The position numbers and the translations under genes are program-made. From Candidatus Omnitrophota bacterium (GTDB lineage Bacteria; Omnitrophota; Gorgyraeia; Zapsychrales; JBAZNR01): a DNA stretch of 64,000 nt. Below the pieces are notes generated by a model. The model was given only the letters and a program-made list of their open reading frames with translations. It ran no database searches and was not told the origin of the DNA. The number at the start of each line of letters is the position of its first letter. Position 1 is the first letter of the stretch. The stretch lies in the NCBI GenBank assembly GCA_041649175.1, contig JBAZNR010000001.1:450332-514331 (forward strand), written 5' to 3'. Of the stretch, positions 57,473-64,000 are shown piece after piece.

Positions 57473-58981
57473 ATGCGAAAAAAAATATTATTCATAAGCG
57501 TTCTTGCGATTCTCTTTTCTCCGCCGATTATTCCAAATTCTGTGTTTGCCCAGGCGACGGAAACGATTACGCTTACTACTTATTATCCCGCGCCGTTTGG
57601 AGCGTATGACCGCTTGCAAATCATGCCGCATAATCCAGCGGCTCCTTTACCGACATGCGATGGTTCGACGCTAGGTTTAATGTTTTTCAATGACGCCACT
57701 GACATGATTGTTTCTTGCCAGGGTACAACGCCGGCATGGGTAAATCTAGGTAGTGGATTTTGGACGACCGGCGCTATTCCGGGCAATATTTATACGACGG
57801 ATATCAACTACAATGTCGGCATCGGAACAACAAATCCAACTTCAAGATTGAGTGTCTTAGGCGGTAGTGTCCAATGGGGCGCCGCGACGACATCTAATTC
57901 GCTTAATGCAGATGGAGGTGGATCGATAGAGTTAGGAGCGAGCAGTAATACAACATTAAACCCCGTTATCAATGGTGCGCCTTATATTGATTTTCACTCT
58001 GGATGGCTTGCAGCGCCGCAGGATTTTAATATGCGGATCATTAATTCCACCAATAATCGCCTTGAATTCCAAAAGATGACCAGTGGAGTTACGACAAGTG
58101 TTATGACAATTAATGGAGTTAATGTTGGTATTAAAAATTCATCTCCGGCATATGATTTGTCTATCGTAGATTCCGGTGTTGGATTAGGCAGGCCTGTGCT
58201 TAATCAGCTCGCGTTTTATACAAATTCAGCTGAGAGAATGAGAGTAGATGCTTCAGGAAATGTCGGTATTGGTATAGCAAATCCAGCTGGTTATAAATTA
58301 AATATTGGCGGAGGTGCAAACGGAGCGGCGCCGGTACCACGATTAAAGCTCAGTGATTATTATGATAATGCGGGAAATCCTTCTCTTTCCCATATTGACC
58401 TTTACGGCGGGGCGTATGGTTTTGGCATTAGTTCGAATTCATTAAATTATATTAGCAATCAATATCATCGTTTTTATGATGCCGGGGATTTAGTGACTCC
58501 TGTATTGATGATGAACGGGGATACGAAAAGAGTTGGGATAAACGTAGCGGTTCCGGCAGGAACTATTGATTTTCAAGGAGGAACAGCAGCCGCAAATCAA
58601 AATGGAGTTAGTATGATCCTTCGTGCGCAAGATGGAGGAACTGGAAACACTGATGGAGGGCATATTATTCTGAATCCAGGATCGGGAAGCGGTACGGGAC
58701 AACCAGGAACTATTTGGATTCAAGGTGGGAGCATTGCAGTTGATTTTCAAAAATTGTGCAGAACAACAGATGGAGGTAATTTTACAGAAACTGTTTCGGT
58801 TCCAGCTGGTTGGCCGAAAGGTGCTTGTGAAGAGTATTCAGATGAAATGAATGCCGGAGCAACGCTATTTTCACTTGGCTGTTTATTTAGCGCTAGCGGT
58901 CCAAGCGGATATATAAGTTGGGGGCCCAATTGCAACAATGCTGGTTCTTGCGCTGCTCCTAGCCCCAACTGCGGCTGGTAA
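57473..58981 (+). CDS. Secreted Gly/Thr/Asn-rich fibre-like protein, paralog 2
   Basis: SD TAGGAGGA is present. It has a signal peptide, and the mature N-terminus 'TETITLTTYYPAPFGAYDRLQIMPHNPA' is ~70% identical to paralog 1 over ~95 aa. The motif 'VGIGTTNPTSRLSVLGG' is present. Confidence 0.75.
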   Translation: MRKKILFISVLAILFSPPIIPNSVFAQATETITLTTYYPAPFGAYDRLQIMPHNPAAPLPTCDGSTLGLMFFNDATDMIVSCQGTTPAWVNLGSGFWTTGAIPGNIYTTDINYNVGIGTTNPTSRLSVLGGSVQWGAATTSNSLNADGGGSIELGASSNTTLNPVINGAPYIDFHSGWLAAPQDFNMRIINSTNNRLEFQKMTSGVTTSVMTINGVNVGIKNSSPAYDLSIVDSGVGLGRPVLNQLAFYTNSAERMRVDASGNVGIGIANPAGYKLNIGGGANGAAPVPRLKLSDYYDNAGNPSLSHIDLYGGAYGFGISSNSLNYISNQYHRFYDAGDLVTPVLMMNGDTKRVGINVAVPAGTIDFQGGTAAANQNGVSMILRAQDGGTGNTDGGHIILNPGSGSGTGQPGTIWIQGGSIAVDFQKLCRTTDGGNFTETVSVPAGWPKGACEEYSDEMNAGATLFSLGCLFSASGPSGYISWGPNCNNAGSCAAPSPNCGW

Positions 58982-59048
58982 TTTTTTACATTTGCTTTAT
59001 ATTCCTTTCATTGACAATCGCACGCCGCCGCCTTAAAATGTCTGCATT

Positions 59049-61079
59049 ATGAAAATCTCTCTGAATTGGCTCAATGACTATGTCCCCGTCCGCTTAAAAT
59101 CCGAAGAATTAGCTCATCGGCTCACCATGGCCGGTTTAGAAGTTAAAAAGATCGAAATCATCGGTGGAGATACTGTTTTTGAGATCGAAGTAACGCCTAA
59201 TCGCCCTGATTGTTTGAGCCTCATTGGCATTGCTCGTGAAACATCCGCGATCTTAAATATTCCTTTAAAAATTCCCGGTGTTGGTGGATTTAAAATTTCA
59301 AAAGAAAAAGTCGACATTACTATTTCCGATAAAAAAGACTGCGCGCGCTATATTGGTGCTATCGTCAAGAATATTTCCGTCAAATCCTCCGGTGATTGGC
59401 TCAAAAACCGCCTTATCCCCGTCGGTGTTCGCTGTATTAACAATATTGTGGATATTACTAATTTCTGCCTTTTAGAAACAGGCCAGCCCTTACATGCTTT
59501 TGATTTGGATAAATTATCCGGTGGCAAGATCATTGTTCGGCGCGCCAAAGATAATGAAACGATCACCACCATTGACGGTGTTGAGCGAAAACTCGATCCG
59601 TCCATTTTAGTTATTGCCGATGCTAAACGCGCTGTTGCCATTGCCGGAATTATGGGCGGCAAAGATGCGGAAGTGACCGAACAAACAAAAAATATCCTTT
59701 TAGAAAGCGCCTATTTTGATCCCGTTCTTATCCGTCGGGGTGCTAGAAAATTGGGGCTTTCCAGCGATTCGTCTTATCGCTTTGAACGCGGCGTTGATAT
59801 AAACGGCGTTGCCGCAACCGCCAAACACGCGCTGTTACTTATTAATGATGAAGCTAAAGGAACATTAAGCGCGTATACAGATCTTTATCTTCAAAAAATA
59901 AAAATATCTAAAACAACTATTACGTTGAACTTAAAAAAAGTGGACCGTCTTTTAGGGCAGAAAATCTCTTCGGAAAAATGCAAAAACATCCTGAAAAAAC
60001 TGGGATTTAAAATAAATTTAGCCTCCAAAAACGCGTTAAAAATTGTTCCTCCGGATTTTCGTTTAGATGTTCGTCAGGATGTTGACGTTATCGAAGAGAT
60101 CGCCCGCATGATCGGCTATGACCGTATTCCGGTCAGCCTTCCGCAAATTAAAGTCTCTTCGATCATTTCTCCCATTAGTCAGATGATCAAAAAAACATTA
60201 TCTTCTGTGTTGTGCGGCTATGGATTAAATGAGGCTATCAGCTATACGATGATCAGCCGGAAGTTCTTGGAAAAAACCAATTTAAATGAAACAGATCTTT
60301 TGAAGGTCAAAAATCCTTTAACCCAAGAACAAGAGATCATGCGCCCCTCGGTTTTGCCCGGCTTGTTGGCGGTCGTGTCAACAAACCTTAATCGCGGACA
60401 GAAAGATATTCATCTTTTTGAATGCGGAAAGATCTATTCTTCGTCGGGAGAAAAAGAGACATTAACGATCGTGATGACAGGTCAGTATCGCTATGATTGG
60501 CGAAATCCTAAAACAGGAGAAGCGGATCTCTTTGACCTAAAGGGAATTATCGAAAATCTTTTAAAGACGATCGGCATTAAGAAAATGGATTTTGCGCCTT
60601 TATCCATCGTGTTTCTAGACGAGGGACAGGCGGCGAACATTTTAGCGGCAGATAAAAAAATAGGTTTTTTGGGAAAAGTTTCCGGACAGGTCTTAGATCA
60701 GTGGGATATCAAAAAAAAGAAAGTGTTTTTCGCGCAGTTGGATCTAGAAAAGATCTTTCTAGCGGCACAACCGATAAAAAATTATCAGCCCATTACACTG
60801 TTTCCCGGTATTGTGCGCGATATTAGTTTGGCCGTTAAAGATAACGTAAGTTTTGAGCAGATCCGCGCGCTGGTACGCAGCCATGACGACGGTTTGGTCA
60901 AACAGGTCAATTTTATGGAGCAGTATTTGGGCGAAAAAATCCCTGCCGGCCATCGCGGCCTTATCTTTTCTTTGATCTATCAAGACCAAAAGCGCACGTT
61001 GCGCGAAGAAGAAGTTGCTCAGGTTCACGAGAAGATCTGTCAATCCCTGACGAACCAATTGGGCGCCATCAGACGGTAA
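59049..61079 (+). CDS. pheT: Phenylalanine--tRNA ligase beta subunit (short form, 676 aa)
   Basis: B1, B3/B4, B5, catalytic-like and C-terminal anticodon-binding domains are present (…FRFERGVDINGV…). It lacks the tRNA-binding (EMAP-like) insertion of the ~800-aa forms. Confidence 0.95.
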   Translation: MKISLNWLNDYVPVRLKSEELAHRLTMAGLEVKKIEIIGGDTVFEIEVTPNRPDCLSLIGIARETSAILNIPLKIPGVGGFKISKEKVDITISDKKDCARYIGAIVKNISVKSSGDWLKNRLIPVGVRCINNIVDITNFCLLETGQPLHAFDLDKLSGGKIIVRRAKDNETITTIDGVERKLDPSILVIADAKRAVAIAGIMGGKDAEVTEQTKNILLESAYFDPVLIRRGARKLGLSSDSSYRFERGVDINGVAATAKHALLLINDEAKGTLSAYTDLYLQKIKISKTTITLNLKKVDRLLGQKISSEKCKNILKKLGFKINLASKNALKIVPPDFRLDVRQDVDVIEEIARMIGYDRIPVSLPQIKVSSIISPISQMIKKTLSSVLCGYGLNEAISYTMISRKFLEKTNLNETDLLKVKNPLTQEQEIMRPSVLPGLLAVVSTNLNRGQKDIHLFECGKIYSSSGEKETLTIVMTGQYRYDWRNPKTGEADLFDLKGIIENLLKTIGIKKMDFAPLSIVFLDEGQAANILAADKKIGFLGKVSGQVLDQWDIKKKKVFFAQLDLEKIFLAAQPIKNYQPITLFPGIVRDISLAVKDNVSFEQIRALVRSHDDGLVKQVNFMEQYLGEKIPAGHRGLIFSLIYQDQKRTLREEEVAQVHEKICQSLTNQLGAIRR

Positions 61080-61259
61080 TTAAAAGAATATTACAAAATC
61101 CCTGCTGTGCGCGTTTTGGGTTAAGGTAGTAATGAACCAATACATTAACTACGGGAGCCAAATTTCTAATTGTCCGAAGGACATTTTAGTGAGGCACCCA
61201 CGTAAATTGCAGGTTCAATTTACATCTAACCCGACGGCACCGCGGGGATAAATTTTTCC

Positions 61260-62600
61260 ATGAAAAAACACACATCCTCACCCGACCAAGCAGAGAACCT
61301 CTTCGAAGAAGAAAAGCAGCCCCAAGATCAGCTTAAAAAACTCCCTCTTAGTGTGCGTATGCGTCCGACAACCCTAAACGAAATTGCCGGGCAAAAACAT
61401 ATCTTAGGCGAAGGAAAACTTCTCATCCGTTCCATTGAAGCCGACCGGCTCAGCTCGCTTATTCTCTATGGCCCTCCGGGAACGGGAAAAACGAGTTTAG
61501 CTCACTGCATTAGCTTTGTCACTCAAGGCCATTTTGAAAGCCTTAATGCTGTCTCGTCCAACGTGGAAGAATTACGAAAAGTTATCGCTTCCGCCAAATA
61601 CCGATTTAAAACCACTTCCAAAAAAACGGTCCTTTTTATCGATGAGATCCATCGGTTCAATAAAGCCCAGCAAGATGTTTTAATGCCCGATTTAGAACAG
61701 GGTTATGTGATCTTGATCGGTGCCACTGTTTTTAATCCGTTTTTCGCGCTCATTGGTCCTTTACTATCACGGTCTATCATCTTTGAATTAAAACCTTTGT
61801 CGGCTGAAGATATTATGTCAGTTTTAAAACGCGCTTTATCCGACCAAGAAAAAGGACTTGGCCATCTCAAGATCGAAGCCGAGGAAAATGCGTTAAAGTT
61901 TTTAGCGCAAGTTTGTGAAGGAGACGCCCGCCGAGCGCTTAATGCTTTAGAGATCGGGTGTATGACCACGCAACCCGATAAGGATGATCGCATTCACCTG
62001 ACGTTAGATGTTGTGCAAGAATCCGTCCAAAAAAAACAGGTCAATTATGATAACGATGGCGACGCGCATTATGATACGATCTCAGCGTTTATAAAATCCA
62101 TGCGCGGCTCAGATGCCGATGCTACGCTTTATTGGATGGCGAAAATGCTTTACGCGGGAGAAGATCCGCGTTTTATTGCCCGCCGGATCTGCATTTGCGC
62201 GGCAGAAGACGTAGGCAATGCCGATCCGCAGGCGCTTGTTTTAGCGAGCGCGGCTTTGCAGGTTTCGGAGTTTATCGGCTTGCCGGAGGCCAGAATTCCG
62301 CTCGCTCAAGCGGCTGTTTATGTCGCGTGCGCGCCAAAATCCAATGCCGTATATTTAGGAATAGAAAAAGCCCTTAAAGATGTTAAGGAAAAAAGAGTTC
62401 AAGAAGTCCCCAAGCATCTTAAAGATAGTTCGTATAAAGGCGCCAAGAGTTTAGAGCATGGACAAGGCTATAAATACGCCCATGATTTTGAAAACCATTA
62501 TGTTGCGCAAGAATATATGCCGGAACATACCATTTATTATGAGCCGACAGACCTAGGCTTTGAGAAAGAGATCAAAAAAAGGATGCCCAAAAATCCCTAA
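61260..62600 (+). CDS. rarA: Replication-associated recombination protein A (RarA/MgsA AAA+ ATPase)
   Basis: 446 aa. It has Walker A 'LILYGPPGTGKTSLAH' and Walker B 'VLFIDEIHRFNK', with a C-terminal MgsA helical domain. Confidence 0.9.
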   Translation: MKKHTSSPDQAENLFEEEKQPQDQLKKLPLSVRMRPTTLNEIAGQKHILGEGKLLIRSIEADRLSSLILYGPPGTGKTSLAHCISFVTQGHFESLNAVSSNVEELRKVIASAKYRFKTTSKKTVLFIDEIHRFNKAQQDVLMPDLEQGYVILIGATVFNPFFALIGPLLSRSIIFELKPLSAEDIMSVLKRALSDQEKGLGHLKIEAEENALKFLAQVCEGDARRALNALEIGCMTTQPDKDDRIHLTLDVVQESVQKKQVNYDNDGDAHYDTISAFIKSMRGSDADATLYWMAKMLYAGEDPRFIARRICICAAEDVGNADPQALVLASAALQVSEFIGLPEARIPLAQAAVYVACAPKSNAVYLGIEKALKDVKEKRVQEVPKHLKDSSYKGAKSLEHGQGYKYAHDFENHYVAQEYMPEHTIYYEPTDLGFEKEIKKRMPKNP

Positions 62601-62653
62601 AAGATCTTTTAAGACGGCACCAAAATATTTGCGGTTGTATATTTTAGGAAAAA

Positions 62654-63286
62654 ATGATAAAATGCCCGATGTTAAAAAGTTACGTCACCAAAAAGAATAA
62701 AAAAGAGAAAACCGAAGAAACAGAAACCCGCCTTTTAAAATCAGTTTTGCGGGTTAAATTGTTGTCTTTGTTAAGAAACCAAAAGGAGGAAACAAGACTT
62801 AAGAAAAGCAAAGCCATTCAGAAAAAGCTTTTTTCAACACCTGAGTTTAGGCGCGCTAAGATAGTTTTGTTTTACGCATCGTTTGACGGAGAAGTTGAGA
62901 CATTCATGATGATGAGTCATGCGCAACGATTAGGAAAGAAAGTCGCATTACCTAAGATTATCAGAAATCAAAGAAAGATGATTCCCATATTGATCCAAGA
63001 TCTTAACACTCAGCTAGCCCAAGGCGCTTACGGTATCAAAGAGCCTTTGGTGCGAACGAGCTTAAAAGTTTCGCTCAAAGAACTCGGCTTAGTTTTAGTG
63101 CCGGGGGTTTCCTTTGACCGGAATAATAACCGCCTAGGGCGGGGTCTTGGATACTATGACCGTTTTTTAAGGAAATTGCCGCGTACCGTTCCTTGTGTCG
63201 GCCTTGCCTTTGATTTCCAGATCGTTGATCGCCTGCCTCATCACAAAAATCGGGATATCCCGGTTTCTCGTGTTGTAACAAACTAA
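62654..63286 (+). CDS. 5-formyltetrahydrofolate cyclo-ligase
   Basis: 210 aa. The motif '…VPGVSFDRNNNRLGRGLGYYDRFL…' is present. Confidence 0.85.
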   Translation: MIKCPMLKSYVTKKNKKEKTEETETRLLKSVLRVKLLSLLRNQKEETRLKKSKAIQKKLFSTPEFRRAKIVLFYASFDGEVETFMMMSHAQRLGKKVALPKIIRNQRKMIPILIQDLNTQLAQGAYGIKEPLVRTSLKVSLKELGLVLVPGVSFDRNNNRLGRGLGYYDRFLRKLPRTVPCVGLAFDFQIVDRLPHHKNRDIPVSRVVTN

Positions 63287-63359
63287 GTTATTAAAATCTA
63301 AGAGTCGGTTTTTAAAGAACACCGAAAGTTATCTTTTGATAAAGGGAGGTATTATTGCC

Positions 63360-64000
63360 ATGTTTACCGAAACAAGCATGATGATGAAAAGTATCGGCAT
63401 GTCTGTTGCGGCTATTACTCTGATCTTGGCGGGGTATTTTTTAAGCCGTTTTTTTGCCGATAAAAGGTTAAAAGTTTCAGAATCAAAAGCCAAAGAATTA
63501 TTAGAAGCTGCTAAAGTCGATATCGAGCAACGTAAACGTGAAGCAGAAATTACTGCTAAAGATACATTGCTTAGGCTTCGCCAGGACTTTGAGCGGGAAA
63601 CCAAGGAGCGACGGGAAGAAGCCGCCGCTACCGAAAAAAGGCTTTTACAAAAAGAAGAGAATATTGACCGCCGCGTCGATCTTTTAGAGAAGAAAGAAAA
63701 AGACATTAATGCCCGGGTTGCCACATTGCATCAAGATGAAATTAACGCTAAACAAAAAAGTGAGCAATTAGATAAATTGATCAGCGAAGAAAAAGAAAGG
63801 CTTCAAACCATTTCTTCTCTAACACAAGAGGAAGCTAAGAAGATCCTTTTAAGTCGTTTGGAAAGCGAATTAACGCAAGAAAAAGCTACTGCGCTTCGAA
63901 AGATGGAAGAAGAAGTCAAGGAGTCAGCGGAAAAAAGAGCGCGGGAAATTATTGCCACCTCTATTCAGCGTTGCGCCAGTGACCATACGGCGGAGACGAC
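63360..64000 (+). CDS. rny: Ribonuclease Y (5' portion; gene runs off the window end)
   Basis: The ATG at 63360 has SD AAAGGGAGG. An N-terminal TM (MSVAAITLILAGYFLSRFF) is followed by a long coiled coil (…AKELLEAAKVDIEQRKREAEITAK…), typical of RNase Y. It is not in the ORF track because no stop occurs before the window end. Confidence 0.85.
   Translation, partial: MFTETSMMMKSIGMSVAAITLILAGYFLSRFFADKRLKVSESKAKELLEAAKVDIEQRKREAEITAKDTLLRLRQDFERETKERREEAAATEKRLLQKEENIDRRVDLLEKKEKDINARVATLHQDEINAKQKSEQLDKLISEEKERLQTISSLTQEEAKKILLSRLESELTQEKATALRKMEEEVKESAEKRAREIIATSIQRCASDHTAET

Noticed and set aside
61080-61259. Weak A/T-rich 8-bp hairpin (gtaaattg…caatttac) upstream of rarA, considered as terminator or regulatory element
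   Set aside because: The stem is too short and A/T-rich to be distinguished from chance, and no T-tract follows it.

Overview
This 64 kb window is a chromosomal segment from a Gram-negative, probably anaerobic, uncultivated-type bacterium with GC of roughly 45%. The right half (35–64 kb) carries the replication-origin neighbourhood and core housekeeping genes: gyrA/gyrB, a DUF721 gene, dnaN and dnaA on the minus strand; then, diverging from a putative oriC, rpmH-yidD-yidC-jag(N-domain only)-parA-parB-ndk-yicC-gmk-rpoZ-coaC; tRNA-Cys, tRNA-Leu and tRNA-Val; thrS-infC-rpmI-rplT; pheS and pheT; rarA; 5-FTHF cyclo-ligase; and the 5' part of rny. The left half is accessory-like and holds the most interesting material. 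(i) At the 5' edge is a Tad/Flp-pilus fragment (partial cpaB) preceded by a PrsA/SurA-like lipoprotein PPIase and by two tandem paralogous genes. These genes encode pilin-like N-termini fused to very cysteine-rich (~17% Cys) domains carrying 'CGNGxVDPGE…DGDGxCC' motifs, and they sit exactly where flp pilin genes normally sit. (ii) A three-gene two-component block (REC+excisionase-HTH, multi-PAS histidine kinase, hybrid REC-HK). (iii) Small metabolic genes (mdh, CN-hydrolase, ArsC-like, GST, cyclophilin, TrpB2, CDF transporter). (iv) A compact candidate extracellular-electron-transfer module on the minus strand, in transcription order: hemA, cytochrome-c biogenesis system II (resB/ccsB, ccsA), a monoheme cytochrome c, an MtrA/MtoA/PioA-family multihaem periplasmic cytochrome, a ~680-aa MtrB/PioB-like outer-membrane beta-barrel, an ImcH-like 7-haem inner-membrane cytochrome, and a CbcL-like protein (11-haem c domain fused to a dihaem cytochrome-b membrane domain). 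(v) A polyphosphate island (ppx-ppk1-CHAD-HD with a convergent ROK kinase). A second notable accessory insertion is a pair of paralogous secreted Gly/Thr/Asn-rich fibre-like proteins lying between pheS and pheT. I saw no CRISPR array, transposase or integrase. The exact extent of cytochrome and pilin homology still needs database searches, which I cannot run here.
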